Both the position numbers and the translations under genes were made by a program. Under the pieces are notes generated by a model, which worked only from the letters and a program-made list of their open reading frames with translations, ran no database searches and was not told where the DNA came from. A stretch of 64,000 nt of DNA from an uncultured delta proteobacterium (lineage in GTDB: Bacteria > Desulfobacterota > Binatia > Binatales > Binataceae): assembly GCA_963842085.1 (NCBI GenBank), contig CAWJET010000001.1, forward strand, positions 2,240,001 to 2,304,000. Reading direction: 5' to 3'. Position 1 is the stretch's first letter, and each line of letters opens with the position of its first letter. Below are positions 22,986 to 32,955 of the stretch, piece after piece.

Positions 22986-24770
22986 CTACGGGTTGCCTTT
23001 GTTGGAGATAGTCGCTGTCGTCCCGTCGAACTTGGTGAGACTGACGGTGAACGGCTCGTTGTAGGTCCGCGCCTTATCCCTCAGGAAACTTAGCGCGACG
23101 GCCTCACCCAGCAACATCGAGGTATCCGTGTCGCTGCGCCAGTGGATGCCGGCGTGGATCCCGTGACCGAAACTGACGTTGTGTCCGAGCTTGTTGAGCT
23201 CGCCATTGACGGTCAGGTGGCCCGCATCCGAGCCGGTGTAATCCGTCAGCGAAAGCCCGTCGTCCGAAGGCACCTGCGGATTTGGAATCACGAAGGTGCC
23301 GTCGAAGAAGAACTTCAGGATTGTGATGCAAGCGCCGCCGACGGTGCCGTGTCCGGTCGGGTAAGAGGGATGCGTCGGCGAGCCCTCAGGAAACGCTTGC
23401 GACAGCAGCCACGAATTATACTTGTTGAAACTCTGCTGCAGTCCAATGGAGTTCAGGATAACATTGCTCAGAGTGACGTCAGTGTCGCCGCCTTGTCCAG
23501 TCTTTATCAACTGGACGATGCCTCCGATGGCCTCGGGACGGGGACGGAGATGGACAAACCATTTCTGGTACCAGACACCATTGAGGGCCCTGACGGCGAC
23601 TTCGGCGAGGGTCGCCGCGAAATCGGGCCCGCCGAACGTGCCGAAGCCGTTTTCCGTGTGCGAGCCTATATAGGGGTTGCCGGGATTCAGCGGCGCGCCA
23701 ATTGAGTTGAGCACGAGGAACGCCGTGAAGTAGGCCTGGTAAAGCACGTCAACGTGGGTAAACGCGGCGAGATCACGACCATTATGCCGGTAGCGAAGGT
23801 CCGGATCGATCTGATTCTGATCGCCGGTGACATTGCCATTCTGCACAGTCAGCCAATCGGCGAAACTGGTCATGTAGTCGATGTCCGGCAGATAGCTCAC
23901 CATCTGCTGGCTTATCGGTTGGGCACCCAGGTTCGTCGGCGTAATGAAGAATTGCGAGATGTAAGGCCCCAGCGTCTCGCCCGGGAAGGCGCCCCGGAAC
24001 AGCAAGTTCGGTGTCATCTGGCCGCTGCCGTTCCTCGGCCCGAAATAGGTAGGTTGCGCTCCTAATTCCGCTGCTGCGTGAGCGGCCAGCCGGCTCGTGC
24101 CATAGTCGGTGAAGGCCACATCGCGAAGGAGAGAAGCCCAGTAATGTTCGAGCAGCTCGGTGGCCGTCTGGTCGCTTGCTGTTTTAGGGGCGGGAGGCAC
24201 CTGAGGCTGGCCGAACTGCACGTTGTCGAGCGCTTCCAGATCGAAGGCCAGGCCACCTTGCGGGTCGTTTTGCGTGCGCGTGCCACCCACGATGATCTTT
24301 TCGAAATCCGAAAACTCTCCCGTGTTCAACGCATGCGTGAAGGAGGCGAACGCGGTCAGATCCACCCGTCCGAAGTTGTCGTGCGGAAGACCCTTGGTGT
24401 ACGTGCCGCCCTTGTCGGCGTATAGCGCAGTATCGCCGTTGTTGACGTTGACCGCGGGCGGAACGAGTGCATCCTGAGTCGCTTCACTGACCCGCAGCGA
24501 GTAAGCCTGAATCACCCTGCCGTTGGTGACGCTTGACGGCAGTGCAGTGCTAGTCGTGCCGGAGGAGGACTGCGTCGACGCATTGGCGGACGATGCGGCG
24601 ACGAGCGGAGCCAGGACTCCAGTGGATACGGCAGCGGTCGCCGCGCCGAGCCCTGCGATAAAGCGCCGGCGTCCCGGAGACTTCGGTGCTCCGTTCGATT
24701 CGAGAGTTTCCTCAGAACGGTTTGCGCAGTTCGCCGCTTGGCTCCTAGCGGAAGGATCATCATCAGCCAT
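22986..24770 (-). CDS. Tat-exported vanadium-dependent haloperoxidase (bromoperoxidase-like)
   Basis: Tat signal GRRRFIAG; YTKGLPH, WYQKWFVHLRPRPEA, EGSPTHPSYPTGHG, GELNKL, GIHWRSD, LLGE. Confidence 0.88.
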   Translation of the reverse strand: MADDDPSARSQAANCANRSEETLESNGAPKSPGRRRFIAGLGAATAAVSTGVLAPLVAASSANASTQSSSGTTSTALPSSVTNGRVIQAYSLRVSEATQDALVPPAVNVNNGDTALYADKGGTYTKGLPHDNFGRVDLTAFASFTHALNTGEFSDFEKIIVGGTRTQNDPQGGLAFDLEALDNVQFGQPQVPPAPKTASDQTATELLEHYWASLLRDVAFTDYGTSRLAAHAAAELGAQPTYFGPRNGSGQMTPNLLFRGAFPGETLGPYISQFFITPTNLGAQPISQQMVSYLPDIDYMTSFADWLTVQNGNVTGDQNQIDPDLRYRHNGRDLAAFTHVDVLYQAYFTAFLVLNSIGAPLNPGNPYIGSHTENGFGTFGGPDFAATLAEVAVRALNGVWYQKWFVHLRPRPEAIGGIVQLIKTGQGGDTDVTLSNVILNSIGLQQSFNKYNSWLLSQAFPEGSPTHPSYPTGHGTVGGACITILKFFFDGTFVIPNPQVPSDDGLSLTDYTGSDAGHLTVNGELNKLGHNVSFGHGIHAGIHWRSDTDTSMLLGEAVALSFLRDKARTYNEPFTVSLTKFDGTTATISNKGNP

Positions 24771-24866
24771 AAATCCCACCCCATGGCTGCTGCGGAGGAT
24801 CTACCCGCAGGCTCTTGACGTTGCCCGCTTGTAGCAATTTGAAGGCTTGGAAGCTACCCGGGTGAG

Positions 24867-25469
24867 TTAAAATTTACCGCGATTGCGGTTAACCATGATT
24901 TTTGTGGGCATGGCCGACAGACCCGCGAGCAGGGCCGACACGAGCCAGTCGAAGCTCTTGTCGACATCGAGCGGAATGCCGAATCCGCCCGCGATTTCGA
25001 GCGCGGCGAACCCATGCACGGCGCTGCGCACGGCGCGGATGGCGTGAAGGCCCTCGCGGCGATCGAGTCCGTAGCCGCTCAGCGCGGACAGGCAGGTCTC
25101 GACGATCTGGCCGGCGGCCGCTTCGAGGGCGGGGTCGTTTTTCGGCGCCGTCACCATCGTGGCTGCGTAGGTTCCGCGATGGCGCTTAACGAAGGCGCGA
25201 TAGGCGGCGGCGAGAGCGCGGACGGCGTCGTCGCGCGATTTGCCAATCGTCGCGCGGCCGAGAGCCGTGTTGAGGTCGCGCATCACGATCAATTTGAGCT
25301 CGTGGCGCACTCCCTCGAGACCGCCGACGTGATTGTAAAGCGACGGCGGACGGACGCGCAGTTTTTTGGCGAGGCGGGCAAGCGTCAGCGCGTCCCATCC
25401 GAGGTCGTCGGCGATTTTCGCGGCTGCGCGGACGACCGCCTCCTTGTTAATTCCGACGCGCTTCGCCAT
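24867..25469 (-). CDS. TetR family regulator with WHG-type C-terminal domain
   Basis: HTH LARLAKKLRVRPPSLYNHV; AYRAF; VHGFAALE. Confidence 0.9.
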   Translation of the reverse strand: MAKRVGINKEAVVRAAAKIADDLGWDALTLARLAKKLRVRPPSLYNHVGGLEGVRHELKLIVMRDLNTALGRATIGKSRDDAVRALAAAYRAFVKRHRGTYAATMVTAPKNDPALEAAAGQIVETCLSALSGYGLDRREGLHAIRAVRSAVHGFAALEIAGGFGIPLDVDKSFDWLVSALLAGLSAMPTKIMVNRNRGKF

Positions 25470-26373
25470 CCTGAGCGTCCTTCATGAAACCGATGATGGC
25501 CGGCGTGACGACCTCGGGATACTCGACGTGCGGGTAATGCCCGGCGCCATCGACCATCAGTTTCTTTCCGTGAAGATGAGTCGCGACCCAGTCGGCTTCG
25601 GCGGCAGGATCGTCGAAGTCCGAGTCGCGCGTGCCCATCACCACCAGCACCGGAGCGTGAACACTGGAAATGCGCGCCTCGCACGGAGCTTGCGAGGCGA
25701 AGATCAGCGCCTTGGTAGCCTCGATTCGTCCGGGCTCTTTCAGATTGGCGACCAGCGCCGCGCGATACGAAGCCAGGTCGGCGGGCGGTGCGGTCTTGTA
25801 CAGTGAGCTGTAGTATATCGACCAGAAATACGGGCCCCACGGACGCATCATCGCGACTTTGAGAAACGCCAGCAGAAATGACGAGGTCGGCATCTCGCGC
25901 GTGAACGGATCGATGAGCACGATTCCGGCGATGCGATCGGGAATCTCGGCGGCTGCCCATACTGCCGAGCCACCGGCCATCGAGTTGCCGACGATGAACG
26001 CCTTGCGCGCGCCGAGATGACGAACCATCGCGACGATGTCGGCGCCGACCAGCGCGGGCGAGTAGTCCGGCCAATCGACGCTCGATTCGCCGTGACCCGG
26101 AAGGTCCATCGTCACCACGCGGAAGCCGGCAGCGACAAGTCGAGGTGCCAGAAAGCGATATTGCTGGCGCATGTCGCCGAGGCCGGGGACGCAGATGACG
26201 AGCGGGCCGCTGCCGCCGGAGTCGTCGTAGGCGATCTGGCCACCGGGCAGTTGCAGGAACTCGGTGGCGGCGGGTCCGGGTGTTCGATCCGCGCGCACCG
26301 GACTGGCGGCGGCTATGCTCAGGACGGCGGCTGCGAGAAGGAGATGGGCTGTATAGCTAATCATCATAGACAT
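25447..26373 (-). CDS. Secreted alpha/beta hydrolase
   Basis: Signal peptide; DLPGHGES, GNSMAG nucleophile elbow, GAGHYPH. Confidence 0.88.
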   Translation of the reverse strand: MSMMISYTAHLLLAAAVLSIAAASPVRADRTPGPAATEFLQLPGGQIAYDDSGGSGPLVICVPGLGDMRQQYRFLAPRLVAAGFRVVTMDLPGHGESSVDWPDYSPALVGADIVAMVRHLGARKAFIVGNSMAGGSAVWAAAEIPDRIAGIVLIDPFTREMPTSSFLLAFLKVAMMRPWGPYFWSIYYSSLYKTAPPADLASYRAALVANLKEPGRIEATKALIFASQAPCEARISSVHAPVLVVMGTRDSDFDDPAAEADWVATHLHGKKLMVDGAGHYPHVEYPEVVTPAIIGFMKDAQDGEARRN

Positions 26374-26376
26374 CTA

Positions 26377-26391
26377 ACTAATATCATTAGT
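26377..26391. promoter_or_regulatory. Putative TetR operator ACTAAT-N3-ATTAGT
   Basis: AT-rich perfect inverted repeat directly upstream of the hydrolase-TetR pair. Confidence 0.65.
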
Positions 26392-26649
26392 CTCACGATG
26401 CAAGAGGGGAAGTTGTGCCGGATGCACGGCCGGCCCTTTTGTTCAGGGATGAACTGTTCAGCCTGACGCCGGCGCCGTCTGGCGTGTTACGCGTACTGGA
26501 TGGATGACACTCGTGATGCTCGCAACAGGCACGGGTTCTTCGCGCGCGTCTTCGTAAATCCGAAAACCAATTCTGACGGAACGAACCCACCCTTGGTAGT
26601 TGGGCCGCCCCTGCACCACAAGATATGGTAGAAAACGAGAGATGGCTCG

Positions 26650-28227
26650 TTAAGCGGGAGCGTCCACCGTCAGTTGCGGCGTGCGTGCGGGCGGAAGATT
26701 GGCGTAGAGGTCCGCGATCAGATCAGATTTCAGCTTGGCGTAGCCGGCGTCGCTCCAAAGATTGCGCCATTGGAGGGGATCCTCCCGCAAATCGTAGAGT
26801 TCGCCCTCGGTTCCGTCGTAGCGGATGTCGGGGAGCGGCGTCTCGATTCGAAGCACTCTGTAGGCGAGCGAGAGATCGTAGCCGACGTTGCGGGTCGAGG
26901 GCTCGTAAGCGGTGCATACGAAACCGTCGCGATAAATGGACCGCAGATGCATCCCGAGCTGCGCAAATTGACTGTCCCATTCTGTGATGGCGCGCACGCG
27001 CGGCGAGCCGGCCGCGATGGGCAGCGCGGAACCCTGCATCCATCCGGGGATGGGCGCGCCGGCGATCGCGCAGAAGGTCGGCGCCAGATCCAGATGACCG
27101 ACGGGCGCGGAGATTTCGGCGGCGGGCACTTTTGCCGACGGCGCGGGACGCCAGATGAGCGGCACGCGCATCAGCGCGTCGACGTGATAGGGACCTTTGA
27201 AGAGCAGGCCGAAGTCGCCCTGCAACTCGCCGTGATCGGTGGTGAAGAAGACGTCGGTGTCGGCGTCCCATCCGCGCGCGGCGACGGCGGTGAGCACGCG
27301 GCCGCAGGCCTGGTCGATCAATTCGTTCTCGACGTGGACCAGCGCGTTGATCTCGCGCACCTGATCGTGAGTCACCTGGCACGGCACGAAGTTCCACGCG
27401 CCGCCTTCCTCGTTGCGGAAGCGGCCCTGGTACCAATCGAGCCAATGGCGCGGCTTCTGCGCCAGAATCTTTTCGATCTTCTCGCGCGAGCCGGGATGGC
27501 CGGCCGGAAGATCGAGGTCGCGCCAATTGATTCGACGCGCCTCGGACGCGGGCGGATCCCATGGATGATGCGGATCGGGGAAGCTCATCCACACGAACCA
27601 GTCGTCGTTGGGGGAAAGGGTGTTGAGATAGGCGATGGTGCGGTCGGCGATCCAGTCGGTGTGATAGTGCTCGCGCGGAATCGGATTGTAGGCGACCTCG
27701 GGCGCGCCGCTGTCGCCGCCGGCGCTGCCGGAGAGCATCGTGGCAAAGCCGCCGACCTCATCGGGATAGTTCTCGCGCAGCCAGCTCGAGTAGTGGAAGT
27801 AGGCCATCGGCCCGTGCATCGCCAGTTCCATCCAGTCGAAGCCGCGATGCGGCCCGTGCGAGCCTTCGCGGCCCATGCGGTTCTCAGGCCATCGCCCGGC
27901 GGGATCGAACATCGGCTCGAAGTGCGCCTTGCCGATGAGCGCCGTGCGATAGCCGGCGCGGTCATGCAGCCATGCGGCGACGCTGGGCGCGTCGAGGGGA
28001 AGCGGCACCCCGTTGGCGAACACGCCGTGGGTGCGGACGTACTGGCCGGTGATCATGGTCGACCGCGCGGGCATGCAGACCGTGTTCTGATTGTAGGCGC
28101 GGCGATAGTTGATGCCGGCGGCGGCGAGCGAGTCGGCGACCGGGGTGCGCGCGATGCGGCCGCCGTTGCATCCGAGCGAATCGTAACGCTGCTGATCGGT
28201 GGTGATGAAAAGAATCTTGCGGCCCAT
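26650..28227 (-). CDS. Sulfatase family hydrolase (Cys-type)
   Basis: TTDQQR, CMPAR (CxPxR), GKAHF, DPHHP, TTDHGE, ELYDL...DP. Confidence 0.92.
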   Translation of the reverse strand: MGRKILFITTDQQRYDSLGCNGGRIARTPVADSLAAAGINYRRAYNQNTVCMPARSTMITGQYVRTHGVFANGVPLPLDAPSVAAWLHDRAGYRTALIGKAHFEPMFDPAGRWPENRMGREGSHGPHRGFDWMELAMHGPMAYFHYSSWLRENYPDEVGGFATMLSGSAGGDSGAPEVAYNPIPREHYHTDWIADRTIAYLNTLSPNDDWFVWMSFPDPHHPWDPPASEARRINWRDLDLPAGHPGSREKIEKILAQKPRHWLDWYQGRFRNEEGGAWNFVPCQVTHDQVREINALVHVENELIDQACGRVLTAVAARGWDADTDVFFTTDHGELQGDFGLLFKGPYHVDALMRVPLIWRPAPSAKVPAAEISAPVGHLDLAPTFCAIAGAPIPGWMQGSALPIAAGSPRVRAITEWDSQFAQLGMHLRSIYRDGFVCTAYEPSTRNVGYDLSLAYRVLRIETPLPDIRYDGTEGELYDLREDPLQWRNLWSDAGYAKLKSDLIADLYANLPPARTPQLTVDAPA

Positions 28228-28355
28228 CGTGCTTTCCCGCGGACAGATTACCGTTACACTGAAAATACGATCAACCGAGGAAAGAACCGCGGACGCGGGA
28301 CTTTACGCGCGATGCAGCAACCCTGCTAGAGTAGCGGGAGGTAAGGAGAAAAATC

Positions 28356-29441
28356 ATGCGCGCAGCCGTAATGCGAGGCAAAAAGCTCGTCGTTGATAAC
28401 ATTCCCACACCGGCTCCTGGAGCGGGCGAGGCGCTGGTCAAAACGCTCGCGTGCGGGATATGCGGGTCCGATCTGCACGCGCTCAAGCATGCCGAGAAGA
28501 TGGTCGAGGGGTCGCGCAAGGCCGGCGCGCCGTTCGTGATGGATCTGAATCGCGACATCGTGATGGGCCACGAGTTCTGCGCGGAAGTGGTCGATTACGG
28601 GCCGCAGACGCAAAAGCGACTGAAGCCGGGGACCCGCGTGTGCGCGATGCCGGTGCTGATCAGTGCTCGCGGCGTCGAGGCGGTTGGCTACTCGAACGAA
28701 AATCCGGGCGGCTACGGCGAACTGATGCGGCTGACGGAATTTCTGCTGCTCGAGGTGCCCAACGGGCTTTCCACCGAGCGCGCTGCCCTGACGGAACCGA
28801 TGGCGGTGGGATATCACGCGGTGCAGAAAGCGCGGCTGGCCAAGGATGACGCGCCGCTGGTCATCGGATGCGGGCCGGTGGGCCTGGCGGTGATTGCGGC
28901 GCTCAAGCTCGGCGGAGTGCATCCGATCGTGGCGGCGGATTTTTCGCCGCGACGGCGCGAGCTGGCGCGGCAGATGGGCGCGGATTTCGTCGTCGATCCA
29001 AAAGAGCAGTCACCGTACGCGAGTTGGCGGGAGATGGCCGTGTACACCGACCCGTCGAAGGCGCCGATGCTGCCGCCGTGGATGCCGGGGCCGGCGGTCA
29101 GGCCCGCGGTGATCTTCGAATGCGTGGGGGTGCCGGGTGTGATCGAAGGGATCATGTCGGCGGCCCCGGGCAACGCGCGAATCGTGGTGGTGGGGGTGTG
29201 CATGGAGCGCGACCAGATCGAGCCGCTGATGGGAATCAGCAAGGAGCTGAACATTCAGTTCGTGCTCGGCTACGCGCCCGAAGAGTTCGCGGCGACGCTG
29301 AGCAATCTCGCGGAGGGACGCGTCAACGGCGACCCGCTGATCACGGGCAAGGTGGGCGTGGAAGGAGTGGCGCAGGCGTTCGAGGACCTCGCCTCGCCGG
29401 AGACGCACGCGAAGATCCTCGTGGAGCCGTGGCATAGCTGA
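28356..29441 (+). CDS. Zinc-binding dehydrogenase (MDR family)
   Basis: CGICGSDLH, GHEF, GCGPVG; lacks the four-Cys structural Zn lobe. Confidence 0.9.
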   Translation: MRAAVMRGKKLVVDNIPTPAPGAGEALVKTLACGICGSDLHALKHAEKMVEGSRKAGAPFVMDLNRDIVMGHEFCAEVVDYGPQTQKRLKPGTRVCAMPVLISARGVEAVGYSNENPGGYGELMRLTEFLLLEVPNGLSTERAALTEPMAVGYHAVQKARLAKDDAPLVIGCGPVGLAVIAALKLGGVHPIVAADFSPRRRELARQMGADFVVDPKEQSPYASWREMAVYTDPSKAPMLPPWMPGPAVRPAVIFECVGVPGVIEGIMSAAPGNARIVVVGVCMERDQIEPLMGISKELNIQFVLGYAPEEFAATLSNLAEGRVNGDPLITGKVGVEGVAQAFEDLASPETHAKILVEPWHS

Positions 29442-29463
29442 GGAGCGGCGCCTCCCGCACGCT

Positions 29464-30627
29464 TCAATGAAACAGGCGATGCGAGGCAAGATCGGCACCG
29501 GCACGCATCGCGCGCAACTTTGCCCATACAACTTCCTCGGCGACTTCGCCGAGTCCGGCCGAAGTCTCGAAGCCGCAGTCAGTCCCGGCCATCACGCGGC
29601 GCGGATCACCGATCGCAGTGGCCGCGCGCTCGAGCCGGTCAGCGACGACCTCGTGGTGTTCGACATAGTTGGTCTTGGTGTCGATCACGCCGGTGACCAG
29701 GTCCATGTGCTCGGGTAGCGGGAATTCCTTGAAGCAGCGATATTCGTGCTGGTGGCGCGGGTTGGCGGCTTCCAGGACCAGTGCGCCGACGTTGGCGTGG
29801 TAGAGCAGCGGCAGAATCTGCGCAAGCGGGACGTCGAGGTCGTGCGGCGCTTCGTAGTTTCCCCAGCATACGTGCATGCGGACGCGGTCGCGCGCGATTC
29901 CGTGCAGCGCGCGGTTCAGCGCGTCGATGTTCAGCTCGACGTAGTCGAGGAATTCGGTAAGCGAACGGTCTGCATAGGACGTGTGGCGTTCCATCGCGAG
30001 ATCCGGACAATCGACCTGCAGAACGAATCCCTGCGATACTATGTACGCATACTCAGTATGTAATGCTTTGGCGACCGCGATTACGTACTTTTCATAGTTT
30101 TCATAATACTCATTGAGCATTGCCGATGCGATTATTCCCGGCGACGGCGCAGTCATAAACGCCTCACCGAATTTGGTCGGTTGGTCGTCAAGGATGCGCA
30201 GCGTGTCGGCGCATTCGAGATCGACGGCGGCGCGGTCCCGGTACTCGACCTCGCCAATCGCTTTAGGCGCATGCAGCAGATCGACCATCGAGCGCTGAAA
30301 CATCGGCGCCATCATCTTGAGGAAGCTGGGGTAGCGGACGAGATCGCGCATGATGGGACGCTCGCTTCGTCCGCCAAAGCCGGTCATTCGATGCTGCACG
30401 TAGGTGAAGAAGCTTTCGCGCGATTGCTCGCCGTTGTTGCCGACATCGATTCCCGCTTCCAGCTGCTTCTGCACGACGTAGCGGGTCGATTCTTCGATCT
30501 CACGGAGCATCGCGGCGCGGTCCACGTCTTCACCGCGGCTCGTCTTCACAAGCATCGCGGTCAGAGCTTCCCGCCGCGGCAGGCTGCCTGCGTGCGTGGT
30601 TAGAATACGGTCCTCGCTCCGAAGCAT
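29464..30627 (-). CDS. Cobalamin-independent methionine synthase II family (single-barrel MetE-like) protein
   Basis: TTHAGSLPR, SPG, QVDCPDL, HVCWGN and DCGF Zn ligands. GGAGG RBS before ATG 30627. Confidence 0.88.
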   Translation of the reverse strand: MLRSEDRILTTHAGSLPRREALTAMLVKTSRGEDVDRAAMLREIEESTRYVVQKQLEAGIDVGNNGEQSRESFFTYVQHRMTGFGGRSERPIMRDLVRYPSFLKMMAPMFQRSMVDLLHAPKAIGEVEYRDRAAVDLECADTLRILDDQPTKFGEAFMTAPSPGIIASAMLNEYYENYEKYVIAVAKALHTEYAYIVSQGFVLQVDCPDLAMERHTSYADRSLTEFLDYVELNIDALNRALHGIARDRVRMHVCWGNYEAPHDLDVPLAQILPLLYHANVGALVLEAANPRHQHEYRCFKEFPLPEHMDLVTGVIDTKTNYVEHHEVVADRLERAATAIGDPRRVMAGTDCGFETSAGLGEVAEEVVWAKLRAMRAGADLASHRLFH

Positions 30628-30726
30628 AGCAGTCCCTCCCGGACTCGTTCGCTGGTTCACGCTGCAACATATTGGTAGATCACGAGCGACGGTGCCACAA
30701 TCGCGGCAAAGTCGGGAGATAGTTCA

Positions 30727-31488
30727 ATGGCGTTACTTGCTGGCAAGAGCGCACTGATAACAGGCGCGGCGTCCGGAATCGGCAGAGCGGCGGCGATCGT
30801 TTTTGCGCGCGAAGGCGCGCGCGTGATCGTCGCCGATGTAGCCGAAGAGGGCGGAGAACAAACGGTGCGTGCGATCCGCGACGCCGGCGGTGAGGCGCGC
30901 TTCGTGCCTTGTGACGTGTCACGCGCCGCAGACGTCGAAGCCCTGGTCACGGCGGCAGTCAAGGCATTCGGGCGACTCGACTGCGCGTTCAACAACGCCG
31001 GAATCGCCGGCAGTCAACGCAAGACGGCGGACTACGACGAACTCGAGTTCGACAAAATCATCGCCGTCGACCTGAAGGGCGTGTGGCTGTGTATGCGCGC
31101 CGAAATTCGTCAATTCATAGCACAGAAAAGTCCGGGAGCGATCGTCAACACCGCGTCGGCCGCGGGCCTCGTAGCATCGCATTCGATGCCCGCGTACACG
31201 GCGGCCAAGCACGGGGTCATCGGCCTGACCAAATGCGCGGCGCTCGAATACGCGCGCTCGGGAATCAGGATCAACGACGTATGCCCGGGAGTCGTCGATA
31301 CTCCGCTGATCGAAGGGATGGTCGCGGGACGGCCGAAGCTGGCCGCACGACTGGATGAAGTCGAACCGATTGGACGCAAGGCGCGACCCGAGGAAATCGC
31401 CGAAGCCGTCGTGTGGCTATGCTCAGATGCTGCCTCATTCGTCACTGGATGCTCAATGTCGGTGGACGGCGGGTTAACGGCGCAATAG
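30727..31488 (+). CDS. SDR family oxidoreductase
   Basis: TGAASGIG, NNAG, YTAAK, VDGG. Confidence 0.93.
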   Translation: MALLAGKSALITGAASGIGRAAAIVFAREGARVIVADVAEEGGEQTVRAIRDAGGEARFVPCDVSRAADVEALVTAAVKAFGRLDCAFNNAGIAGSQRKTADYDELEFDKIIAVDLKGVWLCMRAEIRQFIAQKSPGAIVNTASAAGLVASHSMPAYTAAKHGVIGLTKCAALEYARSGIRINDVCPGVVDTPLIEGMVAGRPKLAARLDEVEPIGRKARPEEIAEAVVWLCSDAASFVTGCSMSVDGGLTAQ

Positions 31489-31512
31489 TCAGTAGCTATA
31501 CGAGTAACTACC

Positions 31513-32910
31513 ATGTTCGATCCGTTCATCGAAGCGTGGCAACTGCGCGACTTGGTAATGAAGGGCGAGCTACGTCCGCGCGAGGTCGCGGAGTCTTACC
31601 TGGCGCGAATCGAACGGCTCAATCCCGCGCTGGGGTCGTACATGACGATCACCGCCGACCGCGCGCTCGCCGACGCCGCGCAGCTGGAGGCGTCTCGGGC
31701 GGATGCGGCGTCCATGCGCTTGTATGGCGTTGCGTACTCGCTGAAGGATCTCACGCCGACGGCGGGGATTCGCACCACGCTCGGATCGCGCAACTACGCC
31801 GACTCGGTCCCGCCGCAGGATGCCGTCATCGCGCAGCGCCTGCAGAAGGCGGGCGGAATGCTGCTCGGTAAAACCACCACGCCGGAATTCGGCGGGCGTC
31901 CCACGACTGAAGGCGGCCTTTGCCCGACCGCCCGCAATCCGTGGAATCGCGACTACAACGCCGGCGGATCCAGCGGCGGCGCGGCGGCTGCCGTAGCAGC
32001 GGGTCTTGGGCCGTTGGCGGAGGGCAGCGACGGGGGAGGGTCGATTCGCGGTCCGGCCTCGAACTGCGGTGTGGTGGGATTGAAACCGTCGCGCGGACGC
32101 GTTTCCTATGCGCCGCATAGGGGAGAAGCATGGGGAGGATATGCGACACGCGGCCCGATCGCGAGCTCAGTGCGCGATGTTGCGATGATGCTCGACGCGA
32201 TTGCGGGTCCCGCGATCGGCGATCCCTACTGGGCGCCGCCGCCCTCGCGTCCGTTCGAAGAAGCTGCGCGCGTTGTACCTGAGAATCTCAGACTCGCCTC
32301 GATCGCGACCTCGAAACTCGGCGCGGTCGACCCTGAAGTGGCAGCGGCGTTCGAGTCGGCCTGCGCGACGATGCGCGAAATGGGGCATCGAGTGGAAGCG
32401 ATAGACCTGGATCCCGGTGCGATGCTGCTCGAGTGCACGCGAATCCTGATATGCGTTGGGATCGCGGCGATACCGGTTACGAATCTCGACTGGATCGATC
32501 CGGTCGTGCGCGAGATGTACGAATTCGGGCGCAAGGTGAGCGCTGCCGACTACCTGATCCTGGTCGCCACGATGCACAACATCGCGCGCTCGATCGTCGA
32601 GCGCCTCGAGCCTTACGACGGGTTGCTGACGCCGACGATGACCCGGCCGGCGATGAGAAATGGGAGCTTTCCATCAACACCTTCGCGCTATCTCGATGAG
32701 TTATGGACCTGGATAGCATTTGAGTATCCTTTCAACGCCACCGGTCAACCGGCGATTACTATTCCCGCGGGATTCAGCCGCGCGGGACTGCCTATTGGAT
32801 TTCAGATCGTTGGACGACCCAACGGCGAGTTCGATCTGCTCGCACTCGCGGCCGCATTCGAAGCCGCGCGTCCATGGCGGCATCTGCGGCCGCCGCTGCC
32901 GGAAGATTGA
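31513..32910 (+). CDS. Amidase signature family enzyme
   Basis: [18 protein letters not shown] (Ser-cisSer-Lys triad), GLKPSRGR. Confidence 0.92.
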   Translation: MFDPFIEAWQLRDLVMKGELRPREVAESYLARIERLNPALGSYMTITADRALADAAQLEASRADAASMRLYGVAYSLKDLTPTAGIRTTLGSRNYADSVPPQDAVIAQRLQKAGGMLLGKTTTPEFGGRPTTEGGLCPTARNPWNRDYNAGGSSGGAAAAVAAGLGPLAEGSDGGGSIRGPASNCGVVGLKPSRGRVSYAPHRGEAWGGYATRGPIASSVRDVAMMLDAIAGPAIGDPYWAPPPSRPFEEAARVVPENLRLASIATSKLGAVDPEVAAAFESACATMREMGHRVEAIDLDPGAMLLECTRILICVGIAAIPVTNLDWIDPVVREMYEFGRKVSAADYLILVATMHNIARSIVERLEPYDGLLTPTMTRPAMRNGSFPSTPSRYLDELWTWIAFEYPFNATGQPAITIPAGFSRAGLPIGFQIVGRPNGEFDLLALAAAFEAARPWRHLRPPLPED

Positions 32911-32955
32911 TCCGTGCGTGGAGAATCATTCTAAACATTTGCGAGGAGTCTGAAG

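Noticed and set aside
26400-26645. About 250 bp gap between the hydrolase and sulfatase genes
   Set aside because: No convincing ORF, repeat or RNA motif found by eye.
29748-29755. E. coli Chi octamer GCTGGTGG
   Set aside because: Isolated hit inside a CDS; Chi sequences are lineage-specific and this is expected by chance.
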